DNA of 24,000 bases from Candidatus Saccharimonadales bacterium (GCA_035510255.1 DATKHK010000030.1:3345-27344); one strand, 5' to 3'; positions 7,527-15,657 are shown, numbered from the stretch's first letter. The notes: a model not told the origin generated them from the letters alone. Program-made: numbers and translations.

Positions 7527-8166
7527 ACATAAAAACTTCAAGCAGCTTATCCGGCTCAATGGTAATGGAAGTCTTCAGGTCAAATTGCGGCAGGCTTTTC
7601 TTAGCGAGGGTATAGCCCAGAGAATACCCGATCCATTTACCATGCGGTCCGTTAAAAAACCATTGTGAATGATCATAGTCTTTTGAACCCCATTGCTTGC
7701 GTGCCTCATCCAGCGCCTCTACGGAAACATTCATCTCAGCCCATTTTGGTTTTGTGCCGCATCGAATCTCTTCGTAATAAGTTGCAAAACCTTCGCTTGT
7801 TAATGCTCCACCTAGCGTGCTGCCGTACCCCACAGTCTGCCACCGAGCCATGTGGTGCAGCTCGTGAGCAACCACTGCAATTAGCTCCTTTTGGGAAAGG
7901 TTTTTCCAGCTAGGGATCGCAATCATGGTTTCGGCGGGGAAGTAGGTATGGCCTCCTGGGTATTTACCCTCAATTGAAAGGGCTGGATTGTCGCGGATAT
8001 ATAGTATTTGCACGGGATTTTTAATGAAGCCTCTTAGTTTTGTAAACTCGTTTTCAACAATCCCCACCAGATCGCTGAAATCATAATCAGCTTTTTCATT
8101 ATTCAGTGCCACCAGACATAATGTCTTGCCGCTGACCTCGATTTTTCTTACAAAAAGTTTATCCAT
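7525..8166 (-). CDS. Putative Zn-metalloprotease (HExxH; DUF2268-like)
   Basis: The motif IAVVAHELHHMARW contains HELHH, with a downstream TSEGFATYYEE that could supply a third Zn ligand (Glu). No signal peptide is evident. The gene is convergent with the RiPP operon. Confidence 0.7.
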   Translation of the reverse strand: MDKLFVRKIEVSGKTLCLVALNNEKADYDFSDLVGIVENEFTKLRGFIKNPVQILYIRDNPALSIEGKYPGGHTYFPAETMIAIPSWKNLSQKELIAVVAHELHHMARWQTVGYGSTLGGALTSEGFATYYEEIRCGTKPKWAEMNVSVEALDEARKQWGSKDYDHSQWFFNGPHGKWIGYSLGYTLAKKSLPQFDLKTSITIEPDKLLEVFM

Positions 8167-8258
8167 ATCCTAAGTTTATACTGAATTCGGCTAGTCCGCA
8201 TTGTTGGCGGGTAAGACTACCCATACTTTGCGGCTTTCGTGAAAACCGGCCGAGAATA

Positions 8259-8267
8259 TGATACATT
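8259..8267 (+). promoter_or_regulatory. Extended -10-like element TGATACATT
   Basis: The element abuts ATG 8268. A second in-frame ATG at 8274 lies six nt past the hexamer, which fits a leaderless start. Confidence 0.35.
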
Positions 8268-8582
8268 ATGGTTATGTATAGAAAAGTCGCTGTAATTATG
8301 GGCAGCGTCATTGGGGCGGTAATCATTCTGGTGGCCGGCGGGACCTATGTTTTTCTAAAAACCACCTCTGGCAGCACTCCGAGTACCAGCGCCTCGGTCT
8401 CTAATCAATCGGCTAATTCGTCAGGTTCACAGGGCGGTAGCTCAACCGGTTCTTCTGGTAGTTCGACGCCGGGCTCCTCTAGCGGTGCATCTACGAGTAA
8501 CCAATCGATGTCCTCGCCCCATCCGCCACCCGCAGCGGCCACCGCATCTCATTCTCTTGCCACCCCGCTCATTAACTATTAA
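8268..8582 (+). CDS. Small membrane-anchored Ser/Gly/Thr-rich low-complexity protein
   Basis: The N-terminal TM helix is VAVIMGSVIGAVIILVAGGTYVF. About 60 aa of S/G/T-rich sequence follow, then a Pro/Ala tail. The start may be ATG 8274. I recognise no family. Confidence 0.55.
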   Translation: MVMYRKVAVIMGSVIGAVIILVAGGTYVFLKTTSGSTPSTSASVSNQSANSSGSQGGSSTGSSGSSTPGSSSGASTSNQSMSSPHPPPAAATASHSLATPLINY

Positions 8583-8770
8583 GCTAAGCGGCGATCTACA
8601 AAATAATTATATTGTAAAGTCAATAGAAAAAGTATTTACAATAATTCACAAATAGTTTATAACAAAGTTAAGCAGGCAGCGCTATAGCTAGCACTGGCTG
8701 TAGTACCCACAGGAGGCTTCGGCCTCACGACCCGGCCAGTACGCCGGCAGATGAAAGGAAGGTGAGCGCC

Positions 8771-9280
8771 ATGCGCGCGCTCAAGGATCGAGCCGGTAAA
8801 CCCGCAGAGAGGCTGGCGCTTGTTCTCTGCGGTGCTCTGGCTACGGCGCTCCTGATTGGCTTCCACGTGGAGGCCAAGACAGGCTCGCCAGTAAAGGCAG
8901 TCGCGGCTTCGGCCTCCTGCCAGTCGGACTTTCAGGGCGTTCCGTGTAAGGGGCCGATTCAGAGCCTCTACGCTTACGCCGGAGAAGGTAGTGGCGACAC
9001 CACCTATATTAAAGCTAAGGCAGGGAAGCAGAAAGTAGTTGGGGAACGGCTTGAAACCAATCCGCTCCCCAGGAACTACAGAGTGACGCAGCGTACCTTC
9101 ACCTGGCATTCACGCTCAAACATCGAAATCGTGGCTGTCTACGTGATACATAGGCCACTACGAGGCCACCCGACCTACCAAAAACTATCTACCGGCCGGC
9201 ATAGCGGCCACGCGACGTTGACGTTTGTGGGTGGCGGGACCCCGCCGCTTCTGCTCTTGCAAGGTCGGCATGGCCACTAA
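8771..9280 (+). CDS. Hypothetical small secreted protein (uncertain; the locus could instead be a structured RNA)
   Basis: ATG 8771 follows GGAAGGTGA. The N-terminus MRALKDRAGKPAERLALVLCGALATALLIGFHVEA looks like a signal peptide. The C-terminal third has odd composition and rare codons. The opposite strand is also open (8657-9109). TTTACA-17 nt-TATAAC at about 8635-8663 could be its promoter. Confidence 0.35.
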   Translation: MRALKDRAGKPAERLALVLCGALATALLIGFHVEAKTGSPVKAVAASASCQSDFQGVPCKGPIQSLYAYAGEGSGDTTYIKAKAGKQKVVGERLETNPLPRNYRVTQRTFTWHSRSNIEIVAVYVIHRPLRGHPTYQKLSTGRHSGHATLTFVGGGTPPLLLLQGRHGH

Positions 9281-9284
9281 GGTA

Positions 9285-9316
9285 GGGTGCCTCCCGCTTC
9301 CGAGCGGGAGGCACCC
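9285..9316 (+). terminator. Perfect 14-bp GC-rich hairpin after the 8771-9280 locus
   Basis: GGGTGCCTCCCGCT, loop TCCG, then AGCGGGAGGCACCC. The downstream T tract is weak (CACTTATTTCATCTC). Confidence 0.55.
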
Positions 9317-9410
9317 ATCTCCGCACTTATTTCATCTCATCGAGATGGGTCTTGCTCAATCAGCTCAAAATGGTTAAGCTTGACGTAAGTACTAACTGTG
9401 AGAAGGTTGC

Positions 9411-12400
9411 TTGCGTTTCAAAAGTATTGTTGCAATTGCTGTTGGAGTCAGCCTAGTTGTATTCGCTCCTGCTCTTCAGCGAGTGGGTTCACGGCTGCTC
9501 GCCCACGTTCCAGCCGCCTACGCGGCAAGTAAGGAAGACCCCCTGGGGGCAGGTAGCGACAGCGGCAGTGCACGTGATGACGCGGGTGGGCTGAGCGTCA
9601 CGGCAACCGACCCAAATGGCAATCCTGTGGGGGGGAGTGGTGCACCTATCTACCGAGGTGAGACGATTACTGTAACTCTGAGCTATACGGTTGCCCATCC
9701 CAGCGGCAGTACCTGGGATGCCTGGATGAACTTCGACAACCTTAGCCTCGACGGATGCTCTGACCCCACAAACGCTGGTACCTGGGGAGCGGGCTGTCTA
9801 GAGAATCAGTCAGGGTCGTCAACCTCGCAAGAGCTAGACGATGCTTTCGATACCAATGGCGGCGACAATGGGAATGTCGAGCAGAACGACAACTGCCCCT
9901 CATTTTATGACAACAGCGACTCTCCCTATGCCGATACTTCGCAGGAAACGAATGGCACAACACCTTTATTTGGCTTAGACTTCCCCTGGTCGGGAGGGTC
10001 TGGCACGGACGGCCACTCAACCTGTGGAACGGAGGGATGGGCGGCGGTATGGCATGGTGTGCATATGGATACCGTTGGCCAAAAAAACTATAGTGTAACC
10101 TACCACGTCAATCCTGACTTTGGGGCGGCGAACCAACAGCTCTGCGTCTCTGGCGATATCACACTGGGAGACGTCCAGGGTCTCTCGAACAACTCTGGCG
10201 ACCTCTACTACCGCACCAACGCCAACTCCCTTTGCCTTACCGTCAACGTACCGACAACCATCTCCGGTAACGTCCAATCCGATCCGTACGCTTCCACTGG
10301 CAAGAAATTTGGCAGCCAGACCAACATCGTTTCGGTAAGTGCCAACTGCCAGTACAATGACATTAATTCGGGTGATGGTGGCGGATATGTTTCCACTGAC
10401 GGAAGTGGAGCCTATAGCTTTGGCTGGTTCCAGGGCCAGCCGTTTTGTATAGGCCCGAACACTGAAGGTCCAAACGCGGCCAGTGCCTATACGTGGGTCT
10501 ATGACGGCACGACCTATATTAATGTCCAGCCTCCGAGTACATATTCTGGTGCTTCTGGGTTAGCCAATGATCCGCCAAACGGCAGTAATCCCAACACGTG
10601 GTCCACCTGGACCGATGCTCAGAGCTGTGGTCCCGGCGACCCCGATCCTACACACTGTGGCGGCTACAATATCTACTGGTTGGCTGGGGGTAACGCGCCC
10701 AATATAACCAAGACCGAGGTCTCACCGGGCAACGGCGCCAATCTGACACCTGGCGAAGCCGTAACCTACTCTGTCACTCTCGATAACCCCTATGACTACA
10801 ATATCAATTACGGAGGGGGCAACTCTGTGGGTATGGATGACTATGTCCCTAATAATATCGACCCCACGACGACCGGTGGGCCGAGTTATAGCATTGGTGG
10901 TAGCCCCGACCCGACCGGTAGCGTTCCGGGTGGGTGGTCGGTATCGGGTGTCATACCCTGCTACAGCATTAGTTATGGGCTTACTGGTCACCAGAACCTC
11001 GCGGGAGCTGGTTGTACCGCGCCCAATAGCGGCGTGGAAGGGGTAGCGTTTACCATATTGCCGGCTTATAGTTCCGTAACGATGACCTGGACGGGTACGG
11101 TTAAAACTGCGGCTGACATTGGGGTATACCCAGAGTATTTCCAGAGCGCTGCCGATCAAGCCCACGCCCAAGACCCTAACTGTAATGCCGCTTATGGCGA
11201 TGCGACCGGCCTCATGCCCTATTGCGAAGACTTTACCAATGGGCTGGAAGGCGTCTATAACGTGGCCGGGTATTTGGACCAAAACGGCAACTGGACGCCC
11301 TCGAATTCAACCTACAATCCGATCCCGGCAGCGGTTGATTGCCTGAGTAAGTACGCTGTTGGGCTGCAGCAGGATGACAGCGACACGGCGACCGTTAACA
11401 GCTGTAGTAGCGGCACACAGCCCCAATACTATGCCTATGTTAGTGGGCGCAATGACTATAACGGGCTAACTAATGGTGGCGCTATAGAAATCCAGGTCAC
11501 GCCCGATCCGAACCAAGGCCCCTTGTTCTACCAGCTTTACGACCAATCCTCAACGCAAGGGCTGGATCCCAACATTACCGTTCAGCCGGTATCCTCGCCG
11601 CTAATGACGAACGGAGTGACCGCCGGCTGTAGCAGCGGCTGTGGCGGCGGCGCCGGGCCGGTGGTTGGCTGGGCTGGCGGTAACGGCGAAGAGCTGTATG
11701 GGAGTGGGGCCGAGGGCAGCTATACAATCCCGATAACCTTAGCCAATAGCACCACTGCTATCGGTGGCAGAAATGAGAATACCTCTGATTTATGCATAAT
11801 TCAGTACTGGGCCAGCGGCCATCCGCTTAACTGTAATCCGGCCACCGAAGCCGGGGGCACTAGCGATCCCTCTGTGCCAATTTACTTCACCCATTACGAT
11901 GACCTGTCACCCTATCTGACGACCAGCGGCGGCGACGTCCACGCCGGCGGCTGCAACCAAGACACCACTACCGGCCAGTGTGCTACCCAGGCCAGCAGTG
12001 TCTGTCCATCTAGCGACCTCGGTAACAACGCGCCAGAGTTCGATAATACGGTCTTTAATAATAATCCCGACTCTAACACCATTGGCCAATACTTGGTGAC
12101 GGCTGGTGATAACCTCTCTGGCAATCCGTATGCCGGTACTTCGGCGGGTGTGCTGAGTGGCTCGAGTAACCTTTCGACAGCCAACGATACCGGTGTGATT
12201 ATTCGGCCCAACCTGTGTGGCGCGGCCACAGCCTACGCCGCTAAGCAGGGCGGGACGATTATCGCCGGTGCAGGTGTACTTAACGCTGGTGGCCAAAATG
12301 GGCCCAGCGGCAGCTTCCGCGACGATCCCGATATTTCCAGCGACCACTCCGGGTTGCCAGCCATGGAGTCCAGCCCCGACTCGAAGGTTATTACCGCCGA

Positions 12401-12965
12401 TCCACCGAGCGGCACCTACACGCTGGGTAGCTCGGACCCCAACAATCCAGCTACCATCGAGATCAACCATCGTTGGACGCTCTACGTTACCGGCAACCTC
12501 TACATCAACGCCAATATTAGTTATGGCTCCAACAATCCTACCGGAACCGGACTTAACGCTGAGCAGAACCATCCCTCGTTCGGGGTGATCGCCACCGGCA
12601 ACATCTATATCGGTAAAGACGTTACCAACCTTAGCGGCTTTTACACCTCGGCGGGCGTGATCAACACCTGCGCCGACGTTAACGGCAGTAGCTTGTCTTA
12701 CCAGGTTGGCGGCGGCGGCCCTGGCCCGGGCTCCGGTTCATATACGACGACCGACTGTGCTGACGAGTTGACGGTGCAAGGCATTATGTACGCCGACACC
12801 TTCCGCTTTAACCGCACCACTGGCTACAACACCACCACGCCGACCGTTTCCGAGAGCATTGACTATGACAATCGGCTATACACCGCCACGCCGCCAGCCT
12901 TCAACGACCTTGTAGGCTCCAGCCTGCTTTCTAAGTACTTAATAGAGCCTCTGCCAAGGTATTAA
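9411..12965 (+). CDS. Giant secreted Gly/Asn/Ser/Thr-rich, Cys-containing surface protein (candidate adhesin) with a DUF11-like repeat-domain segment
   Basis: TTG start after GAGAAGG. The signal peptide is MRFKSIVAIAVGVSLVVFAPAL...AAYA. The segment ITKTEVSPGNGANLTPGEAVTYSVTLDNP resembles the DUF11 'conserved repeat domain' signature. The C-terminal region has beta-helix-like periodicity (LYVTGNLYINANISYG...GVIATGNIYIGKDV). There is no LPXTG motif. Confidence 0.8.
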   Translation: MRFKSIVAIAVGVSLVVFAPALQRVGSRLLAHVPAAYAASKEDPLGAGSDSGSARDDAGGLSVTATDPNGNPVGGSGAPIYRGETITVTLSYTVAHPSGSTWDAWMNFDNLSLDGCSDPTNAGTWGAGCLENQSGSSTSQELDDAFDTNGGDNGNVEQNDNCPSFYDNSDSPYADTSQETNGTTPLFGLDFPWSGGSGTDGHSTCGTEGWAAVWHGVHMDTVGQKNYSVTYHVNPDFGAANQQLCVSGDITLGDVQGLSNNSGDLYYRTNANSLCLTVNVPTTISGNVQSDPYASTGKKFGSQTNIVSVSANCQYNDINSGDGGGYVSTDGSGAYSFGWFQGQPFCIGPNTEGPNAASAYTWVYDGTTYINVQPPSTYSGASGLANDPPNGSNPNTWSTWTDAQSCGPGDPDPTHCGGYNIYWLAGGNAPNITKTEVSPGNGANLTPGEAVTYSVTLDNPYDYNINYGGGNSVGMDDYVPNNIDPTTTGGPSYSIGGSPDPTGSVPGGWSVSGVIPCYSISYGLTGHQNLAGAGCTAPNSGVEGVAFTILPAYSSVTMTWTGTVKTAADIGVYPEYFQSAADQAHAQDPNCNAAYGDATGLMPYCEDFTNGLEGVYNVAGYLDQNGNWTPSNSTYNPIPAAVDCLSKYAVGLQQDDSDTATVNSCSSGTQPQYYAYVSGRNDYNGLTNGGAIEIQVTPDPNQGPLFYQLYDQSSTQGLDPNITVQPVSSPLMTNGVTAGCSSGCGGGAGPVVGWAGGNGEELYGSGAEGSYTIPITLANSTTAIGGRNENTSDLCIIQYWASGHPLNCNPATEAGGTSDPSVPIYFTHYDDLSPYLTTSGGDVHAGGCNQDTTTGQCATQASSVCPSSDLGNNAPEFDNTVFNNNPDSNTIGQYLVTAGDNLSGNPYAGTSAGVLSGSSNLSTANDTGVIIRPNLCGAATAYAAKQGGTIIAGAGVLNAGGQNGPSGSFRDDPDISSDHSGLPAMESSPDSKVITADPPSGTYTLGSSDPNNPATIEINHRWTLYVTGNLYINANISYGSNNPTGTGLNAEQNHPSFGVIATGNIYIGKDVTNLSGFYTSAGVINTCADVNGSSLSYQVGGGGPGPGSGSYTTTDCADELTVQGIMYADTFRFNRTTGYNTTTPTVSESIDYDNRLYTATPPAFNDLVGSSLLSKYLIEPLPRY

Positions 12966-12994
12966 TAAAAAAAACTATGCAAGCGTAAGCGGTA

Positions 12995-13003
12995 TGCTAC
13001 AAT
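12995..13003 (+). promoter_or_regulatory. Extended -10 element TGCTACAAT, 8 nt upstream of the pilM ATG
   Basis: This is a TGnTACAAT match with no SD between the box and ATG 13012. Confidence 0.45.
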
Positions 13004-13011
13004 AAGAAGCA

Positions 13012-14052
13012 ATGGGACTATTTTCAAAAGAGGTGGATTACTTTGGCGTTGATATCGGAGCCGGCACTATCCGATTGGTTCAGCTAAAGAAAGGCGCCCA
13101 AAAGCCAATACTACAAACCTATGGGTCGGTGCCGGTTGACCCGAGCTGGGTGCAAGCTGATTCGCCGGCCGATATTCCGCGTATCGCCGGTGTGCTCAAG
13201 CAGCTCGTCAAGGACACGAAGGTTTCGACCAAGTATGTCATCGCCGGACTACCTTCTTCAAAGGTTTTTTCCAGCGTGATTTCGACCCCCAAGCTCAGTC
13301 ATCAGGAGCTGGGGAAGGCGATTATGTTGCAAGCCGACCAGTACATTCCGATGGCGGTTAAGGATGTGAAGCTGGATTGGGTGGTGATTGGACCCGGTAA
13401 GACCGAAAAAGAGCAGCAGGTCCTGGTGGTGGCAGCGCCCAACACCGTGACCGAGCGCCAGGTTAGTATTTATGAACAGGCCGGTTTGGAGTTGGTAGCA
13501 CTGGAGCCAAACGCGGTAGCACTGGCCCGCGCAGTAGTGCCGCCGGGAGACCTAGCGGTGCTAGTACTTGATATTGGTAGCCTGTCGGCTGACATCACCA
13601 TTGTTCAAGGCAATATACCCAAGCTGTTGCGGTCGATTAATATCGGTGGCGTTTCATTGGTGCGGGCGGCCTCCCAAGGCCTCGGCCTTGATGAAGCCCA
13701 GGCCGACCAGTTTGTGCGCAAATTTGGCCTGACCCAAACCAAACTTGAGGGCCAGGTTTACAAAGCCCTTAAGCCGGTGCTTGACCAATTGGTTGAGGAG
13801 ATTGATAAGTCGGTAAAGTTTTTCCAGAGCCAGTACCCCACAATCAAGTTCGAGAAACTGGTACTTACTGGCGGTACAACCGGCATGCCGGAGCTGCCAA
13901 CCTACCTCTCTACGGCGGTGGGCTTACCGGTTGAGATTGCCAACGCCTGGGCCAAGGTCGGGTACGCCGCCACCCTTCAAGATTCGCTCATGGGCAATGC
14001 TACTGAGTTTGGCGTGGCTGTCGGTTTGGCGGAGCGAGACCTATTGGTATGA
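13012..14052 (+). CDS. pilM: Type IV pilus assembly protein PilM (actin-like ATPase fold)
   Basis: The N-terminus reads YFGVDIGAGTIRLVQLKK. Downstream are VLDIGSLSADITIV and the C-terminal LVLTGGTTGMPELPTYLS. Length and position before the pilN/O-like genes fit PilM. Confidence 0.9.
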   Translation: MGLFSKEVDYFGVDIGAGTIRLVQLKKGAQKPILQTYGSVPVDPSWVQADSPADIPRIAGVLKQLVKDTKVSTKYVIAGLPSSKVFSSVISTPKLSHQELGKAIMLQADQYIPMAVKDVKLDWVVIGPGKTEKEQQVLVVAAPNTVTERQVSIYEQAGLELVALEPNAVALARAVVPPGDLAVLVLDIGSLSADITIVQGNIPKLLRSINIGGVSLVRAASQGLGLDEAQADQFVRKFGLTQTKLEGQVYKALKPVLDQLVEEIDKSVKFFQSQYPTIKFEKLVLTGGTTGMPELPTYLSTAVGLPVEIANAWAKVGYAATLQDSLMGNATEFGVAVGLAERDLLV

Positions 14053-14636
14053 ACGTACGGCTCAACCTTGCCCCGGAAGTTTATCAGGCTAGCCAGCGGG
14101 CTAAGCAGCGTAAACAGCTGGCTACCAGCATTGGCGTGCTGGTGTCTGCAGTAAGCGTAGGCATAGTGGTGGTGAGCCTGATAATCCTTGGCGGCCAAAA
14201 AGTCTTACTGGCAGCTCTTAATAACTCGGTAAAACAGCGCCAAAACAAGGTATCCCAGTATGCCGAGCTAGGAACCGCCGCTACCGCCCAGCAGCACTTG
14301 CAGGCCTGGTCTCAGTTGGCTGGCACCCAGGGTCATTTCAGTAATTTCTTTCAGATTCTCCAAGATTTCGCACCGCAAGGAGTAGCTGCTACCCAGGTGA
14401 GTGTAGATAACACCAATACCATTACGATGACCGGTGACGCCAACTCATACGACCTGGTAACCAAGTTTGCCAAAGCTCTAGAGGCTAGCAATGTTCAGGT
14501 CGGTCCGTCGCACGCTGCCACCAATCAGCCATACTTTACCAATGTGCAACTCAGCAACGTGAGCAATAATGGTAGTGATGGTATTGGCTTCCAGTTAACC
14601 ACCACCATGTCGAGCGAGGTGACCAGTGGCCAGTAA
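14049..14636 (+). CDS. pilN: PilN-like type IV pilus alignment protein
   Basis: The ATG overlaps the pilM stop (ATGA). The N-terminal LNLAPE resembles the INLLP motif. A basic stretch, a single TM helix (IGVLVSAVSVGIVVVSLIIL) and a coiled region follow. Confidence 0.7.
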   Translation: MNVRLNLAPEVYQASQRAKQRKQLATSIGVLVSAVSVGIVVVSLIILGGQKVLLAALNNSVKQRQNKVSQYAELGTAATAQQHLQAWSQLAGTQGHFSNFFQILQDFAPQGVAATQVSVDNTNTITMTGDANSYDLVTKFAKALEASNVQVGPSHAATNQPYFTNVQLSNVSNNGSDGIGFQLTTTMSSEVTSGQ

Positions 14637-15318
14637 AGCTGCACCCGCGAAGAAGCCGGCTGCCACCACTCCGCCCTCTCAGGCAGTGGTGAAGCGCGAT
14701 AGTAAGGCCAATAATTACATCGCGGTGATTGCGGTCGTTACCGTACTCGTGGTGTTGGTGTGTGGGTTAGCTGCCAAATCTCTCCTAGGATCAATAATCC
14801 TTGATGGCAAGCTGATTGTGCATACCAACCAAGCTAAAACCGATTTGGATACTAAGCTACGGAACATACCTATTTTGATTAGCAACTATAACGCGTTAGG
14901 AAGCAAGCAACAGCTCATCGCCGATGCCCTGCCAAATGACCCTGATTTTCCGGCGCTGATTAGCATTGCTCAGGCCATGAGTGCCGACTCAGGGCTAACC
15001 CTCAAGTCGATCTCGCCTGATAACAGTGCTTCTAATACCGCTGTCAACCCAGGTGCCGTTGGTGCCGCTGTCACTCCGGGAGCCACTACATCTGTATCGA
15101 GCACCAAGCCAACTCCCTACTTGTTCGACGTAGAGGTGGCTGGCACCTATCCCCAAGTGGTGCACTTCTTTGATGACGTGCAGCTTTCGGCCCGGCCGAT
15201 GAAGGTAGTTAACACTGATTTTAACGGCGATGGCTCGGCGCTACAGGTCTCAATCATACTCCAGACCTATTACCAGGGCGCGGCCAATACCAATGACAAG
15301 ACGGAGACGCTCAAATGA
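14626..15318 (+). CDS. pilO: PilO-like type IV pilus alignment protein
   Basis: The GTG start overlaps the pilN end. There is a single TM helix (YIAVIAVVTVLVVLVCGLAA) and a coiled segment. LIADALPNDPDFPALISIAQAMSADSGLTLKSISP resembles the PilO core. Confidence 0.65.
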   Translation: MASKAAPAKKPAATTPPSQAVVKRDSKANNYIAVIAVVTVLVVLVCGLAAKSLLGSIILDGKLIVHTNQAKTDLDTKLRNIPILISNYNALGSKQQLIADALPNDPDFPALISIAQAMSADSGLTLKSISPDNSASNTAVNPGAVGAAVTPGATTSVSSTKPTPYLFDVEVAGTYPQVVHFFDDVQLSARPMKVVNTDFNGDGSALQVSIILQTYYQGAANTNDKTETLK

Positions 15319-15587
15319 AAAGTAAAGAAATCGTTGAGCTAGTAGTAGCAGTATTGATTCTAGCGATTGCTGGATATGTTGTGTACAAGATAGTAGTGCC
15401 ATCGTCCCCAAGCAGTTCCGGGGCTAGTCATACAGTTACCTACGTGCAGGTGACACCGGTCGATCCCAATTTTGACTCTAACAGCCTTAACGAACTAGGG
15501 GATAGCAGTAAGGTGCGTGACTTCTATAGCCCGCCAGATCTTAGTAGTGGGCTCAATAACAGTCAGCCCTTTGGCCCCCTTCAGTAG
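15315..15587 (+). CDS. Small single-pass membrane protein, pilus-cluster associated, unknown family
   Basis: The ATG overlaps the pilO stop (ATGA). The TM helix is IVELVVAVLILAIAGYVVYKIVV, followed by about 60 periplasmic or extracellular residues. Confidence 0.5.
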   Translation: MKSKEIVELVVAVLILAIAGYVVYKIVVPSSPSSSGASHTVTYVQVTPVDPNFDSNSLNELGDSSKVRDFYSPPDLSSGLNNSQPFGPLQ

Positions 15588-15615
15588 AATCAGAGCGACT
15601 ATAGCGTACCGCTTA

Positions 15616-15624
15616 TGCTAAAAT
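15616..15624 (+). promoter_or_regulatory. Extended -10-like element TGCTAAAAT upstream of pilB
   Basis: This is a TGnTAAAAT match, followed by AGAAGGAG (15632-15639) and ATG 15658. Confidence 0.4.
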
Positions 15625-15657
15625 AGGCATAAGAAGGAGTACCCTGAGACTATACCC

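Noticed and set aside
7434-7535. A 33-aa plus-strand ORF (MGGARTIDPIRICVLAPSNPKRSRYSRPFFFT*) between the precursor and the terminator, considered as a possible second peptide.
   Set aside because: It has no SD and no RiPP-like core, and it reads straight through the terminator stem and T-tract. It is most likely non-coding 3' UTR.
7097-7559. Minus-strand ORFs 7097..7339 and 7248..7559, which overlap the end of the maturase gene, the precursor ORF and the terminator.
   Set aside because: They are antisense shadows of GC-rich, Ser/Gly-codon repeats. Their translations are Cys/Arg/His-rich with no start context, and 7248..7559 runs through the terminator hairpin and overlaps the protease gene's 3' end.
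8268-8582. The Ser/Gly/Thr-rich 104-aa protein as a second substrate of the YcaO maturase, given its compositional similarity to the precursor core.
   Set aside because: It has an N-terminal transmembrane anchor, so the low-complexity part is probably extracytoplasmic. It has no Cys, is separated from the operon by a terminator and an opposite-strand gene, and looks like a generic disordered linker protein.
8660-9010. RNase P RNA on the minus strand. The reverse complement contains CUGAAAGUCCGAC (resembling the P4 5' strand GGAAAGUCCGG) and GCAGAGAACAAGCGCC (resembling ACAGAGAGCAAACCGCC).
   Set aside because: I found no convincing 3' P4 strand or CR-V element (ACAGAAnCCGGCUUA) that pairs with the candidate 5' strand. 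There is no GGUAAAC element in that orientation and no P1 pairing between the putative ends. An 8-mer such as GAAAGUCC is expected by chance about once in a window this size. An Infernal scan would settle it.
8990-9110. tmRNA or tRNA-like element. The minus strand has a possible tag-like ...PALALI* reading and a GGGGA...UUCAAG...CCCC segment.
   Set aside because: I see no canonical T-arm (GGUUCGAAUCC-type loop with a 5-bp stem), no acceptor-stem pairing and no CCA-proximal structure. The resemblance is superficial.
9742-12572. Numerous long ORFs inside the 1184-aa gene on the opposite strand or in other frames, for example 10722..11282 (-), 11907..12572 (-) and 12217..12588 (+).
   Set aside because: They are shadow ORFs typical of GC-rich, Gly/Asn/Thr-codon-biased coding sequence. 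Their translations are Arg/Pro/Val-rich with no motifs. The same applies to 15924..16463 (-) inside pilB, 3952..4524 (-) inside the DUF929 gene and 22435..22968 (+) inside the large pilin gene.
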